Positions 38,498-50,975 are shown, numbered from the whole stretch's first letter. The stretch: 63,119 bases of DNA, filler included, from Reticulomyxa filosa (GCA_000512085.1; 17 parts of 17 records of this genome joined end to end with filler, not necessarily neighbours in it); one strand, 5' to 3'. Notes: generated by a model not told the origin, from the sequence alone. Made by a program: numbers and translations.

Positions 38498-40403
38498 TTA
38501 TGTGAAAAATTTTTGGATAATTTGTTGCTCTTCTTCTTTTTTTTTTATCAACGGTGGACATATTTATTTTTTTTTTACGAGGGGGTACTGACCGGAACAT
38601 GTGAGGTTTGCCTCGTTTCTGTTGTTTCACTCTTTCTTCTACACGTTTGGTTCTGTTTTTTTCCACACAAAACAAAAGTATTTGTATCTTCGTCATTTTT
38701 TTTGTAGATTGGACAGTCTAATATAATGATCATACCTTTCAACGTATCTGTTCAATCGTTGCTCATATTCTTTTTCCATTTTTGTAACTTTTTCAGTTCG
38801 TAATCGTTCTCTTCTTTCTGCTTCTTTCAATTTTTCTGCTTTTCTGCGATCTTGGTCGGGCATCTCTTCCAATTGACTAATCAAAGCCTCTAATAATTCT
38901 TCAATTTTCATCAATTGATTTAATGTATCTGGTGTTTGCTCTGGATCAAAACCACAATCATTAAACACTCGACTAACTTTCAGCCCTAGTTCCTTTAATA
39001 AGTTTTGATGCTTGTTATTTCCATTTTTTCCCAAATTTGCTGCTTTTTCGCGCAATTTCACAACCTTTTCTTCTTCTACCGTTATTTTTTCTCGTATTTT
39101 TTGTATATTTGACTCCAACTCGTGCGATGCTGACTCCCTTTTTTTTTAAATAGATTATACAAACATGGACACTAGTAAGTAATTAAGAAAATATTATTAT
39201 AGTTGTAACATTTGTTGTTTTGTTTCTTGAAATTTGCCCCTCAGATCCTCTAATTCTTCTTCTGTTTCTTGTAAGTTTTGTATCAAAAACAGATTACGTT
39301 CTTCTAGCTGTGCGAAAATATCCAACAATTGATTGGGCTCTTTGAAATACATTGCAATCTAATGTGCATAAAAGGAAGTAAGTTTTGTGCACAAATTACC
39401 CTTTGCACACACGTTACTGTGTGTGCACATATGTACAAAACATCATCTGGCTTTAATGGTGGCGGAGGTGTTGATTCTCTTCTGAGACAGCGATAGTGTT
39501 TTGAGTATTATCATTTTTCTGACTGTCCTTAGTTTGTCGTCTCTGCTGTCGATTGGCATTACGTTGACGTCTTGCCGAATCGAGTTTTTTCCATTGCTCT
39601 AGTTGTTCTTCATAAATTTTTTTCCGTGCTCTTTGGCTGCAAACCATTCTGATGGCGTTAAAGCATCCAAAAAAGCCTTGTATTTACGACAGTATTCTAA
39701 TGTTTCATTGTATTTGTCAACTTCAGCTTTTATTTTTGTAATTTCTTGATTGAGTTTTTTAATTTGCACTATTTTCTCTTGTTTTTCTTTTGCTTCTTTT
39801 TCATATTTTTTTATAGCTTCATTCGATTTTATATCATTTTCCTTTAAAAATGCATCAAACCTTAAGGCATCTTCCTCCAACATCATTTCTGATTTTAATA
39901 GTGCTTGTTCTTTCAATTGTGCCTTTTCTTGCAATCTTTTTTAATTTATCCGTTTTTTAATACAATTATTTATTATTTTTGCATAAACAAATTAAACTTG
40001 CAAATTTCTTCTTTTTTTGTTTCCAAACTCATTTGAACTAAAAACATCTCTCTTTTTTTGGTAATGAAATCAATTATACTTTCTTTTTGAAGTCTCTTTT
40101 CTTTTTTTTATAAATGATATTTATGTATTTATTAATTTCAGTTTTTTTAAAGTAAAAATAAATTATTATAATATAGTTACCTCCTAGAATCTTCATTTTT
40201 TTTCTCTTTTTGGATTCATCTGCTTTCTGACTTTGAAACGACTCCTTACTAGATGCATTTGTTATAAGATGTTGTAAAGTCTCTCTTGGTTGTTTGCTTT
40301 CTCTTTGTTTCATTCGTAGTGAAAATATCTCTTTATTAGTTGGCATATGAAATGGATTGTCAATGATTGTTTTGTCTATGTCTTCTTTTTCAGTTGTGGT
40401 CAT
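38498..40403 (-). CDS. CFAP100: Cilia- and flagella-associated protein 100 (CCDC37/38 family, DUF4200), multi-exon
   Basis: NPFHMP, FITKKREMFLVQMSL, LEEDALRFDAFLKEND, YKAFLDALTPSEW, MYFKEPNQLLDIFAQLEERNLFLIQNLQETEE, KRGKPHMFRSVPP. Homopolymer frameshifts near 39617-39623 and 38538. Confidence 0.88.
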
Positions 40404-40740
40404 TTTTAATGATTCAAATGATCTAGTTGATAGATTAATATACTTTTATAAGATATAGATAAAAGTATTCTGATTAAAATTTTTTCAATAGAGACATAAA
40501 TCTCATAATGACAGCTCATTGAAGAAAGAAGATAATTTAAAACTTTAAGCTAAATTAATCTTTACTTAAGATACAAAAGTTTTTGCAGTTTTTCTTTCAA
40601 TTAATAGTGTAAAGTAGCAGCGTACCTTCTAAGGGGCCAACCAAAGATTTTTTCTTGCATTTAACGCATTTTTTTGGGGACAGCAATAAACACTTTTTCA
40701 ATAATACGTCTACTTGCAACACAAAGTTTATTTTTCAAGA

Positions 40741-42186
40741 ATGATACCAAACATATTCATTTTAAATAATAGTGGGTGTGTCATTTTGTCGTTTTTTTTT
40801 CTGTTGTTGTTACTGGAAAAAGCCTGTTTTGAATTTAAAAAAAAGGGATGTATTAATTGAGAAACATTATATTGGCATAACAAAACGATATGTCTGCGAG
40901 TTATTTTGGGAGGAGGTGCAAAAGTATGAGAAACAAAACGAAGTACCGCCGATCATAACCACAGAAAACTATTACTTATTAAGCGTTCGCAAATTTTCTC
41001 TATTTTTTTTGGTAGCAATCAATCGAGACATCCAGCCATTGTTTGTGTTTGAGGTAATTGTATTTTTAAAAAAAGTACAACACAGTACAAGAAGAGCAGG
41101 AAAAAAACAGAAAAGGATGACAAAGAGGGGGAGAAAAGGGAAAAGGTAGGGAGAAGGAAAAAAAAAAGTATACAACATATTACGCAGCTTCGCAAATTAA
41201 ATTTTTTTTTTTTTGGAAAAAAAAATCTAAGAAAAAGGGGGATTATGTGAAGATTCAAACCAAACTTTAAAAAAAAAAATATATATACATATACATATAT
41301 ACATATATATATTGATATGTATGTATTATATATAGTGTGCATTCAAACTAATATCAATATTGATGGAATATTTTAGTGACAATGTAACGGATCAAGTATT
41401 GAGAGAGAACTTTGCACTGGTGTATCAATTGTTAGATGAGATTGTGGTCGGTGGATTTCCTCACACGACGGAGATGAATCAATTGAGCGACATGATCAGC
41501 ACGCCCACATTTTCTCAGAAAATCCGCGATTTTACAAGTGGCGCATTTACAGTGAAAGGGACGCTTCCACCGGCATTTAGCAACACGAAAATGCCATGGC
41601 GCAAACCGGATTGCCGTTATGTCACAAATGAAATAAAGATTGATATCATCGAAAACATCGACGCAATTATCCAAGCAAACAGCACTTCGAACACAACCAT
41701 TACATCCAGCATTTCCGGACAGTTGCTCTGTACGGTTAAATTGAGTGGCGAACCAGATTTAAATTTATGTTTTAATAACCCTTCCAAATTTGGCCATTTG
41801 ATTTTACATCGTTGCGTTCGAATATCGCGTTGGCAGGTGTTTATTTTTTTATTTTTTTTTTTTTTTTTGTTTTGTTTGGATATAAATAATAACAATTTTT
41901 TTTTTCTCTTCTTTAGAAAGAAAAAGTAATATCATTTATACCCCCTGATGGGCGCTTCACCTTGTTGAAATTCCATTTGAAAGATGCCGGAACTCTTCCT
42001 GTCACTGTTCGTCCGACCATCAACTTGTCCGCGAAAAACTCGTCGGTCAAAATCACTGTCGAAGAACATCAAACCACTGGAAAAGTCTTGGATAAATTGA
42101 AAATCGACATCCCATTTCCACCGGAAACAAACTCGTTTGGCTTGACTGCTAATGTTGGTAAAGTCACCACTGATGAAATTGCCAAA
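40741..42186 (+). CDS. AP3M: AP-3 complex mu subunit, 3'-truncated
   Basis: MIPNIFILNNSG|DVLIEKHY..EVPPII..QPLFVFE; ENFALVYQLLDEIVVGGFPHTTE; MPWRKPDCRYVTNEI; KLSGEPDL; HRCVRISRW; ISFIPPDGRF. Confidence 0.92.
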
Positions 42187-42341
42187 GTTTTGTTTTCTTT
42201 TTTTTTTAAGGGTTTGTGTGTAACTTATTTAAAGTTGCACANNNNNNNNNNNNNNNNNNNNNNNNNNNNNNNNNNNNNNNNNNNNTTAATTAATTAANNN
42301 NNNNNNNNNNNNNNNNNNNNNNNNNNNNNNNNNNNNNNNNN

Positions 42342-42380
<39 letters not shown>

Positions 42381-42454
42381 GAAATTATTATATACGTAAT
42401 TGTATTGTCACTTTTTTTTATATTTCATTTAAAAAAAAAAAAAAAAAAAAAAAG

Positions 42455-43023
42455 AGGATCAGTTCAGTGAAATCCCGTCTCAAATGCCGACAACGACTGT
42501 AGTCAATGTGGAACAACCAAAAGAAGAATCACCGAAAAAAACAAAACCAACAGTGGAAGACCAAGTCGTTGTTAGCAGCGCAAACGAAACGAGCAAGCCG
42601 CAGGCTGTGCATGAAAGCGTGATCAATGCCGCAGCGGAACCAGAAGAACATGCGTCGACTCATGAGATGAATGAATCGTTTCAAAACCTCTTTTCCTTGT
42701 GGCGTAGACATCACAATGATCATTATAACTTGGACGATAAAGTCGTCGAGTCCAAATGGTCCATTCTCATTCCTGACTCTGTCGTTTTTGCAGACTTTGT
42801 AAGACTTTATTATCATTGAATATGTATATACACATATATGTGTATATTATATGTGTATGTATATAATGTGCACATACACATATATACTTATATATTTTCT
42901 TTTTTTTGGCGAAAGACAAATCACTGGCCCGTAGAACTTCCTGAAAAAACATGGACAAAATCGTGGACCAAATCATGGAAATTATCAAGTGACGAAACAA
43001 ATGAAGTTGTTGAAAATATTTAA
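42455..43023 (+). CDS. Hypothetical protein, last two exons
   Basis: Open, codon-like frame after an A-tract acceptor, with a GT-AG intron at about 42799-42915. No recognisable domain. Confidence 0.45.
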
Positions 43024-43497
43024 AACTTCTGACAGTACTTATAACCTATTCCTATTCCTTCCCGAATTTATTCGAGTCATCTTTCATTTGTTTTGTGTGA
43101 ATTTTTGTTGTCTTCTTTTTTGCCGGATTCTCTCCTCCCTCTTTTCTTGTGTGGTTGATGCGAAGTTTTCGTGAGGCAATGAAATGCAACTCACTGTTTA
43201 CTTCATTTCTTTGTTACTTAAGAGAAACGGCCTTTTTCTAATTGTGGTCTTTCCCCCTGACATCCATACTTTGAATTTTGAAATTTTTATATGTGTTGTC
43301 TATGATTCTGGAGTTGTTTTTTTACATTATCTACATTTCAAATATCAAGAAGATTTGACTACTTTGCTAACATCGCATTTTGTTTGCATATCACAAATCC
43401 AGTGAGTTCGTAATGACCAGAAAGAGAAAAGAAGAAAAAAAAGGCTAATTTAATTTGAAATTTAAAAGTGACTCCTTCAAAGAAATGTTCTTTTTAC

Positions 43498-44891
43498 TTA
43501 AAAAGAGGCCGACAAAATATTGGTTCGTTGCCTGTAGACGGCAAAGTATGCTGAGCCAAGAGCGACAGAATCCTCATCTTCACCTCCAAACAAAAGAGAG
43601 ACGTGTTGCTGGTCGACAAAAGTGACGAGCCGGTCATGGATTCGAATCCACTGAGACTGACGTGGAAACTCGTTCATAATATTTTTGAAGCAAAGAAAAT
43701 ATCGTCCTTGGGTCGTTGATCCCGCATGGACGAGTATTCCAATCAATTCATAGGTTAATTGTTTGTCGTTGTAACAAATCCACTGATTAATTAAATTCAA
43801 AAGGTCTTGAGGCATTGAGTCAGCAATGCCTTCTTGTCGAACTATGTACTTTAATACATTTTCAGCATTGAGTTGTTTCTGTTTCCTTTTTTTTTTTGAC
43901 AAAAAAAAGATACAAGGAAAAAAGTCTTTAAAAAAATATAATATTTTTGTTAATAAGGAACTGTAATGCATTGGAATGAATAGGAGTGGAGACATGAACA
44001 TGTTGATGTACGTCACTCCAAAAAAAAGGAAGTTCGAAGAAACTATGCAATTTCTCGTGTCGAAAGGATTCAAAGCTAAGATAATATCTTCGCAAATGGA
44101 ACAAAAAAATAAAAGGCAATGCTTCACCATTGAGATATTCAGTTTTCCATAGCCGACTATGTTCCATGTCTTCCAATTGGATTTCGGCAAATTCATGACT
44201 CAAGGCGTCGTTTAAATGCTTGCTTGATGACAAACTGATGCTACAAAACCAAGAATTATAGTGTCTTAGCTTTGGCTCCATATTTTTAGAGGCTAGAGGC
44301 ATCTCTTTAGTGAGCATAGTAATGCGTTTATATTCAAATATTGCTTTCCACTGATTCCACATTTCTTTCCACGTTTTCTTGCTTTTTTAGTTTTTTCTTG
44401 AGTTATTTGATTTTCTAACTGCTGTTTTGCACTCTCTTGCATCTCTTCTTTACGTATTCGATCTTGCACTTCCTCACACATCATCTCCATAATCCAACTC
44501 CATCCTTCTCCAAAATCACCTACGCCCTTTAGCTTATCTTTAAAAAATAACAATATACTTCGCAATTCTGATGTGGTTACATCAATATTTTTTTCTTTGT
44601 CTTCGCTCTCTTCAAAATCTTCTTCCACTTTCGTGTTTAACTTTTCTAAAATTGAACAAATGGCTTTCAGTCCTTTTTTTTCTTCTTGTTCTTTTTCTTC
44701 TTGTTCATTTTTTTAAGAAGATCTTCTTCGATGTCGAGTTGTCGTGCTTCTTCAAACCATTCTCGACTTTCGGGAATTAAATACAACAGTTGAACGATAC
44801 AAGTTAAATAATTTAAACCTCCTGGATTCTCTATTCCTCGAAATATTTTTCGTTTGAAAAATAAGTCTTTTTTTTCTGTTTTTGTGCTCAT
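43498..44891 (-). CDS. USP (peptidase C19)-fold protein lacking the catalytic Cys and His
   Basis: Cys box GIENPGGLNYLTCIVQLLY; LPFIFLFHLRRY..FELP; His box YELIGILVHAGSTTQGRY..WIRIHD..FGG..SAYFAVYR. Frameshifts in A runs near 44710 and 44385; one intron. Confidence 0.8.
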
Positions 44892-45329
44892 GCTTTTTTT
44901 TGAGATAGAGGTTCCTTTTTTTGCTGTAAGTAAAAAACTAGGCAAAAACTCTGTAGCACAAGTTTTCTTATTTGTGGTTTGTGAGAAAAAAAACAAATAT
45001 GAATATTTTCTAATTTTTAAATTTTTGTACTAACTATTTTGTTTCAATTATATTTCCATATTGTGAAATTTTGTGTATCTAATGTAACTTTTAATAATTA
45101 ATTTCATTTTCTGAATTAACATCGTTAAATCTTTTCAGCAGAATTTTATTTTGTGCTAATCGTTAAAGGTTATTAAAATAAAGAACAACAAAATACATTG
45201 ATGTATATGAAACAGACAATATCACGATCGTTTAGACACAGAATATTTACAGCAAGAGATTGTTCAAGGAAGGAAGGGGGACAAGGGGGAAAAAACCGAA
45301 GATGAAAGAATAAAAAGTTGGCATGCATT

Positions 45330-46058
45330 ATGAATTTTACAAAAACAAATCATTTTCAAGAAGATCTGTCAACAACATTTCTGGAAACGAACAGCTTCGA
45401 AGGTAAATACTTGGATCTCTCTGATGAAGTGATTTCGATATGTTGCGCTGTTTTGGTGCAGTTTCCAACGTGGTATTACATCCACAATGTGCATTGGAAC
45501 TTGCGACGTTGCACACGAGATGTATTCGTAAATTCGTACCGCCACCGTCCGCATCCCCGCGCAGCAAAGTCGCTGCGTAAGGTATTTTGGTATACGTTGA
45601 TATTTGTCATAACATCGAATTTGGCATGTTTATTTCAGATGCTTAGCAGTGTATTATACGATGAAACGAACGTAATATTGGATACATTATTAGCTTTTGT
45701 ATACGAAAATGCATGGGTAATTGCAAGAACATTTTTTTACTTGATTGTCATCCACCGTTTAAGGAATGCACTTACGCGAAGTATCTATCAGTACCCAGCA
45801 CGGCTGTATGTTTCATTGTATGTAATTGTGCTCGTTCAATTTGGCTTGGGAATTCTCTATACCATCACTGCATACTTCACCTCGCTTTCGCTCCTCGTGC
45901 AAATTGTCGTCAGTGCCTTTGTGGTCATCGAGACCACTTTATGTACCATTCTAATGTTCCTGTTCATCAAATCGTTGATACAAGTCATGGTTAATTTCGA
46001 CAAACGAGTATTTGCTGAGTATGTGTATATATACATATATGTGAACACGTTCCTATAA
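45330..46058 (+). CDS. Multi-pass membrane protein (7TM/GPCR-like), 3'-truncated
   Basis: Five hydrophobic segments with HRL..A..Y after TM3. It probably runs into an intron at about 45990. Confidence 0.6.
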   Translation: MNFTKTNHFQEDLSTTFLETNSFEGKYLDLSDEVISICCAVLVQFPTWYYIHNVHWNLRRCTRDVFVNSYRHRPHPRAAKSLRKVFWYTLIFVITSNLACLFQMLSSVLYDETNVILDTLLAFVYENAWVIARTFFYLIVIHRLRNALTRSIYQYPARLYVSLYVIVLVQFGLGILYTITAYFTSLSLLVQIVVSAFVVIETTLCTILMFLFIKSLIQVMVNFDKRVFAEYVYIYIYVNTFL

Positions 46059-46218
46059 GTAAAAACAATTTTTAAAAGGGAGAAGAGGAGAGAAGGGTGA
46101 GAGATCCAAAAAAAAAAANNNNNNNNNNNNNNNNNNNNNNNNNNNNNNNNNNNNNNNNNNNNTTAATTAATTAANNNNNNNNNNNNNNNNNNNNNNNNNN
46201 NNNNNNNNNNNNNNNNNN

Positions 46219-47250
46219 TTATTCCATTCCTCCTTCTCTTGTTCTTCCAAAATCTCGAGCTGTTCTTCCATGTCAATCCTGTTGTCCGTTTGTGGATGGT
46301 ACTTTTCGTTCAAAAGATAATTCAGATCGAAATGCTTTTAGGTCGGAAGGGACCTTCAAAACCTTGCCAAATATCTTTGAGTTGCCATTCGGTTTTGCAA
46401 CTAAAGTACCACATTCCATTTTTCGTCCCATTCGCCGAATTCCACAACGACAAACTTTTCACCTTTGGCATAGCACCCGACGACCTAAAGAAACCCTAAA
46501 CAGTTTCCATTCAAATATTCTTACAAAATCATGTGCCCCCCCCCAAACAAAAGATCTTAACTCTTTCAATTCATTCTTCAACACAATAATGCTGCCCACA
46601 TCAGCACTTTTGTGCATGCACGTTTTCACTATTGAGTCAACATCATCGCGGTTTACACTCAAAGTATCTTTTTCTTTTTCATTCAGTCATCAAATAAGAT
46701 TCTGGATTATAATATTACATAATGCATGTTAAATAAAATATTTTTTCAATTATTAGTCAATTCAACTCGATCATCAACAACATAGTCACAAGTTGTTGAA
46801 TAGTATGTGCTATTATAGTAATTCCTTTCACGATATTGCACTGGTCACATCATCGATGGTTCATTCACGTCATTGTTGTCTACAGGTGTGTTGCCGTCTT
46901 CAAAGTCAGCAAGTCGACGATTGTGAGTAGTGAAATAATCTTTTGCGATTTGGTTCAATGCAACTTTGTTTACAAATTCATTTCAACAGATATGCAAAGA
47001 GACCTGTTCGTGGTGTCTTTTTGTCACAATATCGTATTCATTGTGTTCGTCCAGCTGCGCACAATTCTCAGAATCCGTTATCATTGTCATCAGTTCTTCT
47101 GTTAGTTTCAAAATATCTCTCTCTTGGAGTGTGATGCGGTCTTGATGCACACTCAACCGTCGCTGTGGCTGTAGCATATCTGCCACTGGTCGCAGTTGTG
47201 GTGTCATGTTTTTCTTTTCGAGGATCCCTTTTTTCGTTGGATGTTCTATG
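46219..47250 (-). pseudogene. Decayed gene with CAP-Gly-like remnants
   Basis: Fragments in different frames (YVVDDRVEL, VGSIIVLKN, GEKFVVVEFGEW, NGTKNGMWYFSCK), interrupted by many stops. Confidence 0.45.
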
Positions 47251-47413
47251 GGAGAGTCCTTTTTTTTTTAATTGTATCTTTTTGACAAGAGATCATACCT
47301 TTGAAAAAAANNNNNNNNNNNNNNNNNNNNNNNNNNNNNNNNNNNNNNNNNNNNTTAATTAATTAANNNNNNNNNNNNNNNNNNNNNNNNNNNNNNNNNN
47401 NNNNNNNNNNAAA

Positions 47414-47451
<38 letters not shown>

Positions 47452-47465
47452 GAATTAAAACCAAC

Positions 47466-47834
47466 TTGGAATGACAAGGCCCATAAAGAAAAGACGGCCA
47501 AATAAACGACTTGTCGATGTTCGCTGTTTTCGTGGATAACCAAATAAAGACGCTCAATGCCGCCATTTTGGGTGAATGCTGATTGGAAGTTCAGATTGGG
47601 GATCGCGCCTTTCAAAGCGTACAAGGGCAGCACCAAGGCGTCGCTTTTGAAGCTTTTCATTTGGTTCATCACAAACGTATTCAGTGACGCATATGCGTCT
47701 TTCAATGAGTTGCTCGCCCAGCGCAATATGTAGCTTCCACAAACCGCCGCTTTTCCACGAGTGAACGCTGACAAGTCCTCACGAATCCAAACCCTTTTTT
47801 TTTAAAAAAAAAAATTCGCTTTTTTTTTTCCCCC

Positions 47835-47868
<34 letters not shown>

Positions 47869-48286
47869 GGAAAAAATTTGCACAAGTTCAAAACCTGATG
47901 AATGGTTGCATAACACTGTCAGATTTGGCTTGCAAAAATGCTCGTCCGCGCTTAGGGTCATGCTCCAATATGTGCGACAGTAAGGTCAATATGTACTTGA
48001 GTTTGGCTTCGTCTCTTGTTTCCAATACCTTCAGAAACGCCTCCGCTGTTGCCTTTGCGTCATCAGGGTTTGAGAAAATTGCCGTTATGTCCCCTTCAGG
48101 AGCCAACATATCATTCGCGCCTCCTGCCAATAGACGGATCCTGTTCACTTCGTCTTTGCCAGCTATGTCAGTAGGTATGTCCTCCCACAAAATCTTTTTC
48201 AACGAAATCTCGTAGTCATCTTCAAAGATCTGATTTTTATCTTTCTCAAATTTCTTTTCCTTGTTCTCAAAATCTTTGTTTGCCAT
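47466..48286 (-). CDS. ATP6V1H: V-type ATPase subunit H, 3'-truncated
   Basis: ILWEDI, LKYILTLLSHILEHD, and QVVYLAVFSLWALSF (cf. QLQY..FC.W.L.F). Intron at 47794-47894. Confidence 0.7.
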
Positions 48287-48610
48287 GCTTTTCTTTTTTT
48301 TTTTCCCTCGCTTTCCTTCCACCCCTTTTTTTTAAAAACTAAAAAAACGCACTTTTGTTCTCCTTGCAAAGTTCCTTCTTCCTCACTTCTTTTACCACTG
48401 CACAAACTTCAATTTTAAAGCTGCTTCGTAAATACTCCTTTGCTGCAAGAGGCTCTTTACCTTTTCGATCGGATTAAAAATGTACCCTTTTACAACTCGT
48501 TTACACAAGCAAGTAAAATTTGATCTGTTTTGTCTATGCGTTAGTTTTTACTTTAAATTCTAACTAAACAGCTTAACTTTTTTTTTCTGCAAGGACAGTC
48601 TAGCTGCCAC

Positions 48611-48896
48611 ATGGATTTTTTCAGCAAGCCAAGCAGTGAATATACTCGTTTTTTTTTCAAAAATAAGCGATTGTTTTGGATGAAATTTTGAAGTGGCAAC
48701 TCTCTGATTCAATTAACTTAGTTCCAACAAGCTCCAAAAGGCCGTGGAGTAACGAACAGGAACAAATGGATACATTTGACCCTATTTTTGATGACAAAGA
48801 AGAGTTAAATATGGCAATAGCGGATTTTTTTATGAACTTGTTTTTTTTTTTATTTCAATCGGTAAATAGTCAGAACAAAATTTACTGGGCCGAAAA
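48611..48896 (+). CDS. 5' end of an unidentified gene, divergent from V-ATPase H
   Basis: MDFFSKPS|TIVLDEILKWQLSD.. joined by a short GT-AG intron. Confidence 0.35.
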
Positions 48897-49136
48897 NNNN
48901 NNNNNNNNNNNNNNNNNNNNNNNNNNNNNNNNNNNNNNNNTTAATTAATTAANNNNNNNNNNNNNNNNNNNNNNNNNNNNNNNNNNNNNNNNNNNNCTTT
49001 CTTTCTTTCTTTCTTTCTTTAGTCTCTTTTTCTTTCTCTCTTTGCACAAAAAGCACAAAAGATTTTATAAAAACATCATTGGTAATGGACAATTCACATA
49101 GTTTTCATTTTTTTTTTTTAATGCACTTAAACAAAT

Positions 49137-50043
49137 GTGTATATCGAAAACGATAAACGGCTCGATGGTTCGATTTTAGTGACAAAGATATTGCTGGACA
49201 CGGAAGAAACAGTGCATCCCAACGCGCGATGGATGTGGTTTGATTCGAAGAAATGGTGCCAATACGTAACGATTAAGGAAAAGAAAACATATTACTGGGC
49301 CATGATTTCCACCCCTTATCTTGTACGCCTCCTCAGCACTGTTGGCGAGGTCATAAGTCGCTGTTTCATTTTGGGAGGAATTTGGTATTTCTTTGATGGG
49401 TATATATTATCTGGATTACTTGCATTTGAGGTTTTATTGTTCATGAGACACTATCATGAGTTTTGAAGTTTGTTTTTTTTTTTTTTTTTTTTGCAACTGA
49501 TCTACACAATGCATATGTGCGTATACGTATGTGTACGTGCTGTTTGTTTATGTATACATATGTTTATGTGTGTATGCACACAAAATACCCAACAATTATT
49601 TTGCTGTCATTGAATTGAATACAATCAGCCCATTGTTCTTGCAATATATCATCACAATGCCGCCATTGCGCGCATCAGTGAAAATTTCGTGGTCGAAAAA
49701 ATACATATTTGAAAGTGTCACGTCTGCGTTAATCGTGTTGGTGAGAATTGCAGAGAGCTTAAGCATTTTTATAATGTGCATTATTTGTCAACTACATGTT
49801 GGGCTTAAGCCCCAATGTGGACATATGCGACGACAAGAAGCAGTATGGTATCTGTTTCTCGCCATTGTGTATATCTGCGTCGTCGGATTTCACTTGTATC
49901 GCCAATTATGGAAATCCAAAACACGCAATGCGTTCTTGGTGAAATCGCGAACTGTGAAACAATCCATTTACGATGGAAATATTTTGCAAATTATTGAATA
50001 CATGAGATACGGGTATCGACTTAAAAACGCTTCCAAATTTTAC
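49137..50043 (+). CDS. Multi-pass membrane protein, internal fragment (weakly XK-like)
   Basis: Hydrophobic exons (GEVISRCFILGGIWYFF; LIVLVRIAESL; WYLFLAIVYICVVG) separated by an intron. Confidence 0.45.
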
Positions 50044-50146
50044 GTATGTGATATTACGTATGCGTGTGTACACATATATATGTATAAATATATGTGTATG
50101 TACATGTATACGTTTATATAATTCAATTGCGTGATACTGGGGAGAG

Positions 50147-50184
<38 letters not shown>

Positions 50185-50975
50185 TAGCAATAAATACAAN
50201 NNNNNNNNNNNNNNNNNNNNNNNNNNNNNNNNNNNNNNNNNNNTTAATTAATTAANNNNNNNNNNNNNNNNNNNNNNNNNNNNNNNNNNNNNNNNNNNNA
50301 AAAAAATCATTCAATAAGCAAGTGTGATGTCATTTATTTCGTAATAATGTCAACATACAGAATGTTGCCAAAGATAACAAAACAAAAAAATATTTTAAAA
50401 AAATGTTGCACAAATAAAAAAGTGAAAAAAAATGAAAAATAATTATAAAAACATCACGTTGTCGAATCGACAAAAAATTGTATGAAAAAAAATTATATTT
50501 GAAACACTTGAATATTCGTATATTATTTTAAAATGTTGATTCTTGACATAAAAAATCATTTTAATAAGTTCTAAATGTATTTGATGTACTTATTTCTTTG
50601 TTTATTTAGTTCTTATAAATTTTATGCGAAATTGCTGCAAAGTTTGCCTGGAAATTTTTTAAAAAGAAAAGAGGCCTAAAACCCGAGTTTCAATGGCCAA
50701 GTAAAAAGTTTTATGTTGCAATTAAAAATTTGCATTTGATTTGAAATAAAAAAAATTTTTGTAACTGAAATTTTATATGAGTTTTCGAATGATTAGTTTG
50801 CAAACCATTTTAGAAACAAGGAGTGAAATTGTGGTAGGATCATGAAGTACTATTTATTTGCTTGGCAAAGAGGGAATAATTTCAGTCTTTTGTTTGAAAC
50901 TTCTGATCCGTTTGAACGACGAGATGTTTTAAATTTTTTTATTTATTTTGTTTTTTGTTTTAATTTTCAATATTG

